Below are positions 9,005-17,729 of a stretch of 64,000 bases of DNA, piece by piece. The translations under genes and the position numbers were made by a program. Below the pieces are notes generated by a model. That model saw only the letters and a list, made by a program, of their open reading frames with translations. It was not told the DNA's origin and searched no databases. Each line of letters starts with the position of its first letter. Position 1 is the first letter of the stretch. The stretch is from the NCBI GenBank assembly GCA_038063895.1, contig JBBTUG010000006.1, positions 6,701-70,700 of the forward strand. The letters run 5' to 3'. This stretch comes from Patescibacteria group bacterium. GTDB taxonomy: Bacteria; Patescibacteriota; WWE3; JAMCXX01; JBBTUG01.

Positions 9005-10849
9005 ATGATTTTAACGGAAACAAAAAAGGGAAACAAAGTAAACAAAAGGAAACTGAAAATGGTATCGGTTATCATAGGTCTCTTGGCCGTTTTCGGCTAT
9101 TTTTTCGCTCTCAGTCCGGTTTTGGCAACGTTACATACCGCAAAACTGCTAACAGCCGATTTCAAATACTTTAAGGACGGAATTATTCTGCAAAATCTTC
9201 CCCAAATGAAAAATGCCATCACCGCCGCCGAAAAAGATGCGAAATCTCTAAAAAATAACTCCCAGCTGCTGGTGTGGCTAAATGTCGTTCCGGTGCTTAA
9301 CGGTTACTACAGTGACCTGGTCAACGGGTCGGAGGCACTTCTGCACGGGGTCCGCGCAGTGGGGTTGGTTCTGGATGCGGCTACGCCTGAGGCCGCCAGT
9401 TTGGGTTTTTCCCCTTCGGGGGCTAAGATTCCGATTTCCGGCCAGGATAGAATTTCCGGCTTGGTTAAAATCGCCCCCCTGCTTAGCGGTCAGTATGAAG
9501 AAATCGCGGCGGAGCTTACGCAAATTCAGAATAGTTTTAACCGGATTGACCCGAATAGATACCCGGAAACCTATTCCGGAAAGCCCCTTCGGGGAATTCT
9601 TACAAGCGTTAGGGATGCTTTGGAAACCGTTGGCGGAAACTCTACCGATCTGAAGGCTTTTCTTGACGCTGTCCCCGAAGTCCTCGGCGCCACCGAGGCT
9701 AAGACTTACTTGGTTCTTTTCCAGAATGATAAGGAGTTGCGTCCGACCGGCGGCTTTTGGACAGCTTACGCGCTCCTTCGGATGGAAAAAGGAAAGATTG
9801 TCAGTATTCAGGCCGGTGATATTTATTTTTTGGATATCGACAACCGTGTGGCTTTTTACCCGACCCCGCCGGCGGTTATCCAAAAATACTTAAAGCTTGA
9901 TAAGTGGTATATCCGAGATACAAATATGTCCCCCGATTTCCGGAAATCGATTGAGCTGTTTAACGAGTTTTGGGCCCGGGTTCCGGGGGTTCCGAAAACG
10001 GACGGCATTTTCGCTATTGATACCGCCTTTGTTCAGGGACTGTTAACGGTTTTAGGAGATATTAAAATACCGAATTACGAAACGTTTACCAGCGAGAATG
10101 TGGTTTATCAGTTGGAGCTGGTGGCAAACGTTTTGGGCAGTCGGGAGGAGAAACGCGGAGGCCGCAAGGATATCATCGGGGTTTTGATGCGGGAGATGAT
10201 GTCGAAAGCTTTCGCCCTCCCGTCCAATCAATACGATAAGATTATCGGGAAAGTAATGGATATGGCCGTGAAGAAACACCTGCTTTTGTATTTTAATAAT
10301 CCTGAAGCCCAGGCGCTGGCGGAGAAATATAATCTGGCCGGGCGGATTAATGATTTCGACGGCGATTATCTTCACGTGAACGATGCGAATTTAGGCGGAC
10401 GGAAAGCGAATATGTATATGAAGGAAGATATAAGCAAAGAGATAAAAATGTTGGGCGGCGGCAAAGAGGTTTTAAGCACGGTGACCGTTGATTATGAAAA
10501 TACCGGCAGTTACAACGCCGATTGGAATACCGGCTATCGGGATTACGTCCGGGTTTATGTTCCGAAAGGCTCCGAGCTGATTTCCGGTTCGGGTTCTTTG
10601 GAAACGATTACCAGCGGCGAAGACTTAGGCCGAACCTACTTCGATGCCTATATGGCCGTCAATCCGTTACAAAAAGCAAAGCTGACTTTAACTTACCGGT
10701 TGCCTTCGGGTCTGATAAAGAACGGACAGCCGTACCAATTGCTTATCCAGAAGCAGCCCGGAACCGACGGGCAGAACTACACGGTTTCTGTTGGAAACAA
10801 GAAAGAAAGTTTTGTTTTAGAGACCGACCGGATTGTGGAAATTAAATAG
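9005..10849 (+). CDS. DUF4012 domain membrane-anchored protein
   Basis: One N-terminal TM helix plus 'FQNDKELRPTGGFWTAYALL', the characteristic DUF4012 E(L)RPTGGF motif. The gene typically neighbours a priming sugar transferase, as it does here. Confidence 0.55.
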   Translation: MILTETKKGNKVNKRKLKMVSVIIGLLAVFGYFFALSPVLATLHTAKLLTADFKYFKDGIILQNLPQMKNAITAAEKDAKSLKNNSQLLVWLNVVPVLNGYYSDLVNGSEALLHGVRAVGLVLDAATPEAASLGFSPSGAKIPISGQDRISGLVKIAPLLSGQYEEIAAELTQIQNSFNRIDPNRYPETYSGKPLRGILTSVRDALETVGGNSTDLKAFLDAVPEVLGATEAKTYLVLFQNDKELRPTGGFWTAYALLRMEKGKIVSIQAGDIYFLDIDNRVAFYPTPPAVIQKYLKLDKWYIRDTNMSPDFRKSIELFNEFWARVPGVPKTDGIFAIDTAFVQGLLTVLGDIKIPNYETFTSENVVYQLELVANVLGSREEKRGGRKDIIGVLMREMMSKAFALPSNQYDKIIGKVMDMAVKKHLLLYFNNPEAQALAEKYNLAGRINDFDGDYLHVNDANLGGRKANMYMKEDISKEIKMLGGGKEVLSTVTVDYENTGSYNADWNTGYRDYVRVYVPKGSELISGSGSLETITSGEDLGRTYFDAYMAVNPLQKAKLTLTYRLPSGLIKNGQPYQLLIQKQPGTDGQNYTVSVGNKKESFVLETDRIVEIK

Positions 10850-10893
10850 TTACCCCGTTTCCGTTTTCTTCCCGCTGTTATACTTAGTTTATT

Positions 10894-11445
10894 ATGCCCT
10901 CATTTCAAGCTGACGGAATCATCGTGAAAAGAATTAATTTCGGCGAGAAAGATAAGATTCTCACTGTGATTACGCGCGATAGTGGAAAAATAAAGACGTT
11001 GGCTAAAGGAATCAGGCGGATTAACAGCCGCCGGGCGGGTAACGTCGAGCTATTTAATTTTGCCCGGCTGCATCTGGCTGTCGGGCGGACTTTTAATATT
11101 TTAACCGAAGCCAAGTTGCTGGAGACTTTCCCGTCGTTTCGGAGTGACCTTAAGAAATCAGCGGCAGCTTTTTATTTTTCCGAATTAGCCGACCGCTTTG
11201 TTCCGGAAGATCAGGAAAACCGGGAGTTATTTTTCATCCTGCTTGCCGCATTCCGGAAGTTAGAGAGCACCCAAAGTATCCAGATGGAGTTTATCCGTGA
11301 GTTTGAGGGCCGATTGCTGGAGCACACCGGTTTTGGCCATGACCGGGAATTTGAGCCCGAAAAACCCTATTTGATGCTGGAGAAAGTGCTGGGAAGGAAC
11401 CTACCTTCCCGCCTTTTTCTAGACCGGGTCTGGGGTATGGAATAA
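10894..11445 (+). CDS. recO: DNA repair protein RecO (short form)
   Basis: N-terminal OB-fold motif 'GIIVKRINFGEKDKILTVITRDSGKIKTLAKGIRR'. 183 aa. Confidence 0.6.
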   Translation: MPSFQADGIIVKRINFGEKDKILTVITRDSGKIKTLAKGIRRINSRRAGNVELFNFARLHLAVGRTFNILTEAKLLETFPSFRSDLKKSAAAFYFSELADRFVPEDQENRELFFILLAAFRKLESTQSIQMEFIREFEGRLLEHTGFGHDREFEPEKPYLMLEKVLGRNLPSRLFLDRVWGME

Positions 11446-11493
11446 ATGGATTAAATAAGCCTGTGCGTATCTTTAACGAATAGCAAACGATCG

Positions 11494-11522
11494 TTGAAAA
11501 AAGTTTAAAGATTAATTATACT
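11494..11522 (+). promoter_or_regulatory. Candidate sigma70-type promoter (TTGAAA-17-TATACT) upstream of the PaaX-like gene
   Basis: 'ttgaaa' at 11494-11499, a 17-nt spacer, then 'tatact' at 11517-11522. Confidence 0.35.
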
Positions 11523-11570
11523 GAGAGCGTAGCAAAGTTATCTTGCGAGAGCAAAGATACTTTAATTGAG

Positions 11571-12167
11571 ATGCCACACTCCATTCTACTAAGTAACTTA
11601 CCGCCTAGCGGCGGGTCTTTAACCCTTCGGGACAAAATTCTTTTGAGTCTTTTGTGTGTTGGGGCGATGGTTGAGACTACTTTAGCTGAAGCGTCTACGC
11701 CACAGACTATTGAATATGCTCTAAGTTCCTTGGAGCGGAAGGAGTTTATTCGAAAGAAGCGAGGTTCGATTAAGAGTACAATTTCTTACCTACTGGCCGA
11801 AAAACTTCTTCGGGCCAGCGGGTCGTATCGCAAGAGATCATTTCAGCTGACCGAGGAAGGGTTGAATACTCTTTTTTCCAAGTTTCCCACCCTTAAGTAT
11901 CGGAAGTTTAATTGGGACGGTCGTTGGCGTGTTGTGATTTATGATATCCGTGAACAGGATCACCGTCTCAGAGACCGGTTAAGAACAAGGCTTAAATCCC
12001 TCGGTTTTAAGTTTATGCAAAAAAGTGTTTGGATCTCGCCATATCCGATGGAAGCGGATCTGGAGGATTTTCTCCGAAAAGAAAATCTTTGGGGAAGAAT
12101 CTTCGTCTTTTCGGCGACTTTGCCGAAAAAGGAAAATCTAAAAATAATCCGATTATTTAATCTTTAA
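11571..12167 (+). CDS. PaaX-like family protein (winged-helix plus PaaX_C-like domain), paralog 1
   Basis: 'WDGRWRVVIYDIREQDHRLRDRLRTRLKSLGFKFMQKSVWISPYP' matches the PaaX C-terminal domain signature (W.G.W..V.Y.IPE..R..R..L...GFG.LQ...WISP). Confidence 0.5.
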   Translation: MPHSILLSNLPPSGGSLTLRDKILLSLLCVGAMVETTLAEASTPQTIEYALSSLERKEFIRKKRGSIKSTISYLLAEKLLRASGSYRKRSFQLTEEGLNTLFSKFPTLKYRKFNWDGRWRVVIYDIREQDHRLRDRLRTRLKSLGFKFMQKSVWISPYPMEADLEDFLRKENLWGRIFVFSATLPKKENLKIIRLFNL

Positions 12168-12249
12168 GGAAACACATACGATCGTGCGGCAAATATTAAG
12201 GGTTAAGAGTGGGAATTAAGGTAGTTAAGTATTGAGTGAAACAAATCAG

Positions 12250-12279
12250 TTGACAGTCGAGAGCCCCTCAGCCTATTAT
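12250..12279 (+). promoter_or_regulatory. Candidate promoter (TTGACA-18-TATTAT) driving the T-box leader
   Basis: 'ttgaca' at 12250-12255 and 'tattat' at 12274-12279. Confidence 0.35.
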
Positions 12280-12284
12280 GTCTT

Positions 12285-12425
12285 TGAAACTTAATATCGG
12301 TGATGAGGGGGTTGGCAGCCCGGAGCCGGAACGATAAAGAGTCTCGCTTCGGTCAGATGAGGCGGGGAACTAGGGTGGAACCGCCCAAGGATGGGTCCCT
12401 ATGCGTAAAAGCATGGGGTTTTTCG
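12285..12425 (+). promoter_or_regulatory. T-box riboswitch leader, glycine-type (T-box sequence plus intrinsic terminator)
   Basis: A canonical T-box motif 'AACTAGGGTGGAACCGCC' lies at 12368-12385. The 'UGGA' bulge fits discriminator U73 of tRNA-Gly. A candidate GGC specifier sits at 12313-12315 in 'uuGGCa'. A terminator hairpin 'ccctatgc/gcatgggg' followed by TTTTT lies at 12397-12423. glyS is downstream. Confidence 0.6.
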
Positions 12426-12469
12426 TTTTGGGGTGGACACTTAAAATTGGAAAGGAGGTGAGAAAAATG

Positions 12470-12688
12470 GGTAATCAAGCGGGTAACCAAGTTGGTGGTC
12501 CATTGGGTGATCGCTGGCTGAATTTCTTCTGGTACCTGGTTATGATTCTGGGGGTTGGTTCTTTAGTGGTATCTGGGTTTAACCAGGAGTTGGGCATGGT
12601 TGGTGTTGGGCTGACCTGTCTTAGCGTTGTTGTCTTCGCCGTCGTAGCTGCAGTCGGACTGGCAACAATAGGACCAATTGAGAAGTAA
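12470..12688 (+). CDS. Small (73 aa) two-TM membrane peptide with a strong SD, located between the T-box terminator and glyS
   Basis: 'ggaaAGGAGGTGagaaaaATG' is a near-perfect RBS. The product has two hydrophobic helices. The ORF-track version (12401..12688) begins inside the T-box terminator, so the start is trimmed to 12470. Confidence 0.4.
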   Translation, partial: GNQAGNQVGGPLGDRWLNFFWYLVMILGVGSLVVSGFNQELGMVGVGLTCLSVVVFAVVAAVGLATIGPIEK

Positions 12689-12707
12689 GAGGTTGAGAGA
12701 CAGCGAG

Positions 12708-12755
12708 GGGATGAAAGGATCTTGTGAAATCGTATGTCATCCCCTCGCTAGAAAC
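12708..12755 (+). other. 13-bp-stem perfect hairpin ('agcgaggggatga'...'tcatcccctcgct') immediately 5' of glyS
   Basis: Inverted repeat seen directly, with a 22-nt loop. It lies between the small ORF stop (12688) and the glyS start. Confidence 0.5.
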
Positions 12756-12792
12756 TATATCATTGGGTTTTTTTAGTGTAAAATTTAACTGT

Positions 12793-14115
12793 ATGGACGA
12801 ACAGACTGATTTAATGAAAAAAATTATTAGCCTGTGTAAACGCCGGGGATTTATCTATCCCGGCAGTGAAATTTACGGGGGGTTGGCCGGGACGTGGGAT
12901 TACGGGCCGCTGGGCACGGAGCTGAAACGCAATATTAAAAATGTGTGGTGGGAAGACGTGGTCCAAAAGCGGGAGGATATGGTAGGGCTCGATGCCGCAA
13001 TTATGATGAACCCGAAAGCCTGGGAGGCTTCAGGGCATGTCGAGGCCTTTACCGACCCGCTCGTCGAATGCAAGGTGTGCAATCAGCGTTTCCGGTCCGA
13101 TAAGCCGAAAGAAATTGAGGCGCACCAGACCGGTCACGAAAAGAAAAAGGAAAAGGTCGACTGGACGCAGCCGCAAAAGTTTAATCTTTTGGTTAAGGCG
13201 TATTTAGGCGTTATTGAAGGTAAGCAGTCCGAGATTTTCCTGCGCGGGGAGATTACCAACGGGGTTCAGGTTAATTTTAAAAATGTTGTTGATTCCACCC
13301 GCGTGAAAATACCTTTCGGCGTGGCCCAGATTGGGAAAGCTTTCCGGAACGAAATTACCCCCGGCAACTTTACCTTCCGCTCCCGGGAATTTGAACAGAT
13401 GGAAACCCAGTTTTACATTAAACCGGAAGCCGGGGAAGCGGAAAAGTGGTTTAACTATTGGAAAGAAGAACGAATGGGCTGGTATCAGCGGCTCGGAATT
13501 AATAAAGATAACCTCCGTTTCCGAGATCACGAACCGGACGAGCGGGCCCATTACGCGACGATGGCCACGGATGTAGAATACAAAGCGCCTTGGGGGTGGG
13601 ACGAGTTTATGGGAATCCACTACCGGGGGGAGTGGGATTTGTCCCGTCACCAGAAGTATTCCGGAGTGAGTTTGACTTATCGGGACCAGGAAACCGGGCA
13701 GACTTTTATTCCGCATGACGTTGAAACCTCCGCCGGGATTGACCGCTCCCTGCTTTTTTTCCTTCTTGACGCTTTTACGGAGGAGGAGAAACGGGTGGTC
13801 CTTAAACTCCATCCCAAACTGGCGCCTTTTAAAGCCGCGGTTTTTCCTCTAGTGGCGAACAAGGAAGACTTGGTTGCCAAAGCCAAAGACGTTTACCACG
13901 CCCTGCAAAGGAAATTTATGGTCGCCTGGGATGCCCGGGGCAATATCGGCAAACGGTACTTTTCCCAGGATGAGATCGGAACCCCCTGGTGTATTACGGT
14001 GGACTATCAGACCTTGCAGGATAACAGTGTAACCATCCGCGACCGGGATACTACCGGACAGGAAAGAGTGAACGCGGACGAATTAAGTACCCTTATCGGT
14101 TCCCGCCTTGAGTAA
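12793..14115 (+). CDS. glyS: Glycine--tRNA ligase (alpha2, single-chain type)
   Basis: 'KRRGFIYPGSEIYGGLAGTWDYGPLGTELKRNIKNVWW' is the class II GlyRS N-terminal signature. Likely start at 12793 or 12814. The ORF-track start at 12724 falls inside the hairpin. Confidence 0.85.
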   Translation: MDEQTDLMKKIISLCKRRGFIYPGSEIYGGLAGTWDYGPLGTELKRNIKNVWWEDVVQKREDMVGLDAAIMMNPKAWEASGHVEAFTDPLVECKVCNQRFRSDKPKEIEAHQTGHEKKKEKVDWTQPQKFNLLVKAYLGVIEGKQSEIFLRGEITNGVQVNFKNVVDSTRVKIPFGVAQIGKAFRNEITPGNFTFRSREFEQMETQFYIKPEAGEAEKWFNYWKEERMGWYQRLGINKDNLRFRDHEPDERAHYATMATDVEYKAPWGWDEFMGIHYRGEWDLSRHQKYSGVSLTYRDQETGQTFIPHDVETSAGIDRSLLFFLLDAFTEEEKRVVLKLHPKLAPFKAAVFPLVANKEDLVAKAKDVYHALQRKFMVAWDARGNIGKRYFSQDEIGTPWCITVDYQTLQDNSVTIRDRDTTGQERVNADELSTLIGSRLE

Positions 14116-14197
14116 CAGGCCATCACCTTAAAATCAGGCTTTTTCCAATATTCAGGTCAGAGTATAAAAGTCCATTTTCATATGGGCTAAATCCCTA

Positions 14198-14226
14198 TTG
14201 ACATCCGGCAATCGTAGGTTTTAAAT
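14198..14226 (+). promoter_or_regulatory. Candidate mraZ (Pmra) promoter TTGACA-17-TTAAAT
   Basis: 'ttgaca' at 14198-14203, a 17-nt spacer, then 'ttaaat'. Confidence 0.3.
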
Positions 14227-14257
14227 GGTAAAGAAGGGTGTAAAAAGGTGAAAAACG

Positions 14258-14680
14258 ATGAAAATGCTTTTGGGGGAGTACCGCCACAGTTTAGTCGAAG
14301 GTAAAAGGATTTCTTTGCCCAAAAAGATCCGGGAAAAGATCGCGGGTGACGCGGTAATCCTATCGAAGGGTTTCGAAAGTTACGTAGCGGGATTTGATTC
14401 TGAACAATGGGAAAAAACGGCGGAAGCCCCTTTAAACATTCCGCTTTATGATGAGCGGGGGCGGACATTGCGACGGCAGTTTTTCGCTTCGGCGGTGTCC
14501 TCCGAAATAGACGAACAGGGGCGGATCCTTCTTCCGGAGAGTCTATTATCTGCGGCTAATATAAAAGGCGGAGAGGTTATAGTCATCGGCGCGGGGGACC
14601 ACTTTGAAATTTGGGATCCGGCGTTGTGGCAGGAACAATCGGAAAAAGTCAGTAAAGAAGTTGTGAGCGGGAATCGGTAA
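14258..14680 (+). CDS. mraZ: Transcriptional regulator MraZ
   Basis: 'MLLGEYRHSLVEGKRISLPKKIREKI' is the MraZ signature. It is the first gene of the dcw cluster. Confidence 0.85.
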   Translation: MKMLLGEYRHSLVEGKRISLPKKIREKIAGDAVILSKGFESYVAGFDSEQWEKTAEAPLNIPLYDERGRTLRRQFFASAVSSEIDEQGRILLPESLLSAANIKGGEVIVIGAGDHFEIWDPALWQEQSEKVSKEVVSGNR

Positions 14681-15564
14681 TGGCCGGGACGTACCACACC
14701 CCAGTTCTTTTAAATGAGGTGCTGAATTTTTTCCGGCCTGGCTTGGAGAAAAAATATATCGATGCCACCTTCGGCTTTGGCGGACATAGTAACGCAATTG
14801 CGGAAAAGGGCGGAACGGTTCTTGGGATTGAAGCCGACGGCGCGGAGATGGGTGTGGTCGGAAAAACCACCGCGGTTAATCCGTCGGTTACCCTGGCCGA
14901 GGGAAATTTTAGAGATATCGGTAGGATTGCGAAAGAGAACGGATTTTTGAGCGTGGCGGGAATTCTTTTCGATCTGGGGCTATCGAGTTGGCAGTTGGAA
15001 ATGTCGGAGCGGGGATTTTCTTTTCAAAGGAATGAGCCTTTAGATATGCGGTTAAATGGTAAGTCGGGGGTTACCGCCGCCGATTTAGTTAACGGTCTGT
15101 ATGAAAATGAGCTTGCAGAACTTTTTAATAAATTTGGGCAGGAGCCTCGAGCTCGACGATTTGCTCGTGTTATTGCTCAGCGACGCCAGATAGAGCCTTT
15201 TAGAAGTGCCGTGGATTTGGCGGGGGTCGTTGAAAAGGCGTCGGGAACAGGAAGAGGAAGGATTCATCCGGCTACCCGGGTGTTTCAAGCGCTTCGGATT
15301 GCGGTTAATCAGGAACTGGAGAATATTTCAACCGCGCTGCCCCAGGCACTTGAACTCTTGGGTAGCGGTGGACGACTGGCTGTTATCAGCTTCCACTCGC
15401 TGGAGGACCGGATTGTTAAGCTTGCCTTTAAAGAGTGGTCTGGCCGGTTTGGGGATGGTGTCCGGATATTGACGCCAAAGCCAATTGTGCCCGGCAGTGC
15501 TGAAATTAGCCGGAACCCGAGATCCCGGAGCGCGAAACTCAGAGTTATGGAGCGAATAATATGA
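14680..15564 (+). CDS. rsmH: 16S rRNA (cytosine1402-N4)-methyltransferase RsmH/MraW
   Basis: 'YHTPVLLNEVLNFF...DATFGFGGHS' and 'FHSLEDRIVK'. Confidence 0.85.
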   Translation: MAGTYHTPVLLNEVLNFFRPGLEKKYIDATFGFGGHSNAIAEKGGTVLGIEADGAEMGVVGKTTAVNPSVTLAEGNFRDIGRIAKENGFLSVAGILFDLGLSSWQLEMSERGFSFQRNEPLDMRLNGKSGVTAADLVNGLYENELAELFNKFGQEPRARRFARVIAQRRQIEPFRSAVDLAGVVEKASGTGRGRIHPATRVFQALRIAVNQELENISTALPQALELLGSGGRLAVISFHSLEDRIVKLAFKEWSGRFGDGVRILTPKPIVPGSAEISRNPRSRSAKLRVMERII

Positions 15565-15944
15565 GCCGACAAAAACGCGAACTGCTACCTTATCAGAAAA
15601 GGGAAAAAATCGCTCCCGGTTCGTCCGGGAGAAACGGGCAGTTTATCACCGTCGGTCTCGTCGTTATATTTATCTGTCTCCAGGTGGTAATTACAAATCT
15701 ATTTTCGGGGAACGGGAGCGAGCTCCGGGATTTGGAGTCAAAAAAATTGAGCCTGGAAAAAACAAATGAGCAGTTTCGGGGGGAGTTGGCGGCGCTTGGC
15801 TCCTTAACTCGGATTCAATCCGCGGCTGTTAACAATTTAAAGATGACTACCAGTACCGACAGATTAGATTACCTCGTTCCTTCGCAATATAGCGCCGCGT
15901 CCGGAAAGGTGCCAACTCCGGCGACGATCGCCGTCCGTCAGTAA
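15561..15944 (+). CDS. ftsL: FtsL/DivIC-like cell-division protein
   Basis: Small bitopic protein with one TM helix followed by a coiled coil, positioned between rsmH and ftsI. Confidence 0.5.
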   Translation: MSRQKRELLPYQKREKIAPGSSGRNGQFITVGLVVIFICLQVVITNLFSGNGSELRDLESKKLSLEKTNEQFRGELAALGSLTRIQSAAVNNLKMTTSTDRLDYLVPSQYSAASGKVPTPATIAVRQ

Positions 15945-15959
15945 GGTCCTACTTCAACC

Positions 15960-17720
15960 GTGTCCAGCTTCCGCTACCAACTATTTAAACTCCTTTTAAC
16001 TGCCGGCGCCTTATTCGTTATTTCCCGGCTTTTTTACATCCAGGTCGCCAGAAACCAATACTACCGTGCGATGGCTGAGAGGGAACATAGTACGACGACA
16101 GAAATTGCTAACCGCCGCGGCCCGGTCTTTACCAGTGATAATTTTCCCTTAGTTCTTGACCGTCCTTCCTACGTCCTTTTTGCTGAACCAAAAAAAGTCA
16201 TCGAAAAAAGAAAAACTGCAGTTTTATTAGCGGAAGTTCTTTCTTTACCGGAGAGCAGTCAAAGCAGCCAAGGCAGCCAAGGCAGCCGGAGTATTGACCC
16301 GAAAGCGCTTGAGGCTACTCTTGAGTTAGATCTGGATTGGGTGGCTTTGGCGAAACGGTTGTCACTGCTGACGAAGGCGGCGATAAATAAACTTGCCCTT
16401 CCCGGGATCGGTTTTGACGAGGAGTACATCCGTTATTATCCGGAAGGGGTAATGGCCTCGTATGTTTTAGGTTTCTCCGGCTTTAATGACCGGGGCGAAC
16501 AGCAGGGTTACTACGGTCTTGAGGGTTACTATAACGGTGAGTTAAGGGGCCGGGTCGGGCGGGTGACTGAGGAAACAGCCGCTTCAGGCCGTCCAATCGT
16601 GATTGGGGACTACCGGTGGACTTCCGCCCAAGACGGGGCCACTCTTCAACTGACGGTGAGCCGGGGACTGCAATTTTTATTGGAAACGAAGATGGCTGAA
16701 GGTGTAGCCAGATACGGAGCCCGGTCGGCTACGGCGATCTTACTTGATTCCGGCAGCGGCGCCGTACTGGGAATGGCTTCAGCCCCTAATTACAATCCGG
16801 ATAACTACGGAGATGTTTTTAAAAAATCGGCCGAAACTCCGGAGGGGTCTATTTCCGATCCAATAGGTTTCCATAATCCGGCGATTGCGGAAACTTACGA
16901 GCCCGGCTCGGTCATTAAGGGTTTAACGATGTCGGCGGCGATTGAAACGGAAACGGTAAAGCCGAGTACTACTTTTGAGGACAAAGGGCCGGTTTTGGTG
17001 GCGGGGCACTCCGTTAACAATTGGGACGGAAAACATCACGGAACGCAGACAATGATCGAGTTGCTCCAAAAGTCGAATAATATCGGCGCAGCCACGGTCG
17101 GGCAGTGGTTAGGAACCAAAGTGCTACGCGAATATTTTCTTAAATTCGGCCTTGGGGCATTGACCGGAATCGATCTCGAAGGAGAAGCCCTCGGTATTTT
17201 AAAAGAAGAAAAAGATTGGGGAGAAATTGACCTGGTCACGGCGGCTTTCGGTCAGGGATTATCGGCAACTCCTTTGCAGGTAGTTAATGCCTACGCGGCC
17301 ATCGCCAACGGGGGCAGCCTGCTCAAACCGTTTATCGTTTCCCGGATTAGTGACAAGGAAGGGGTTCACACGTTAAAATCTACAAAGATACGGCGGGTGT
17401 TAAGTACGGAAACGGCGGTGACGATGCGGGAGATGCTGACCGCGGCGGCGGAAGGTGGGGAAGCCAAGTTCGCAATCCTGAAGAAATATAAAGTGGCCGG
17501 AAAAACCGGCACGGCGCAAATTCCTGTTCAAGGCCGTTACGACGCTAACCGGACTAACGCCACTTTTGTCGGCTTTTTAACCAACAGCCCGCAATACGTT
17601 CTTTTGGTTAAAATTACCGAGCCGACCACTTCTGTTTACGCCGCGGAAACCGCCGCGCCGCTTTGGATGGAGGTCATGCGGGATCTGGCTGTGATTGAGA
17701 AGATCCCGCCGGACAGGTAA
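15960..17720 (+). CDS. ftsI: Peptidoglycan D,D-transpeptidase (class B PBP, FtsI-like)
   Basis: SXXK 'GSVIKG', SXN 'KSNNIGA' and KTG 'KTGTAQ' motifs. Confidence 0.85.
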   Translation: MSSFRYQLFKLLLTAGALFVISRLFYIQVARNQYYRAMAEREHSTTTEIANRRGPVFTSDNFPLVLDRPSYVLFAEPKKVIEKRKTAVLLAEVLSLPESSQSSQGSQGSRSIDPKALEATLELDLDWVALAKRLSLLTKAAINKLALPGIGFDEEYIRYYPEGVMASYVLGFSGFNDRGEQQGYYGLEGYYNGELRGRVGRVTEETAASGRPIVIGDYRWTSAQDGATLQLTVSRGLQFLLETKMAEGVARYGARSATAILLDSGSGAVLGMASAPNYNPDNYGDVFKKSAETPEGSISDPIGFHNPAIAETYEPGSVIKGLTMSAAIETETVKPSTTFEDKGPVLVAGHSVNNWDGKHHGTQTMIELLQKSNNIGAATVGQWLGTKVLREYFLKFGLGALTGIDLEGEALGILKEEKDWGEIDLVTAAFGQGLSATPLQVVNAYAAIANGGSLLKPFIVSRISDKEGVHTLKSTKIRRVLSTETAVTMREMLTAAAEGGEAKFAILKKYKVAGKTGTAQIPVQGRYDANRTNATFVGFLTNSPQYVLLVKITEPTTSVYAAETAAPLWMEVMRDLAVIEKIPPDR

Positions 17721-17729
17721 AGAATAGAT

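Noticed and set aside
9282-9893. ORFs 9278..9883(-), 9282..9653(+) and 9663..9893(+) inside the DUF4012 gene.
   Set aside because: These are overlapping alternate frames of a confidently called 614-aa gene.
12170-12249. Phased 'TTAAG(G)' direct repeats upstream of the T-box promoter as a response-regulator site.
   Set aside because: The repeats are short and AT-rich with no second line of evidence, so the idea remains speculative.
12401-12469. 5' part of ORF-track ORF 12401..12688.
   Set aside because: It begins inside the T-box terminator hairpin. The strong SD followed by an ATG at 12470 is the plausible start if the peptide is real.
12724-12792. Extended glyS N-terminus (MKSYVIPSLETISLGFFSVKFNC...).
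   Set aside because: It starts inside the 13-bp hairpin and the residues are not GlyRS-like. A start at 12793 or 12814 is preferred.
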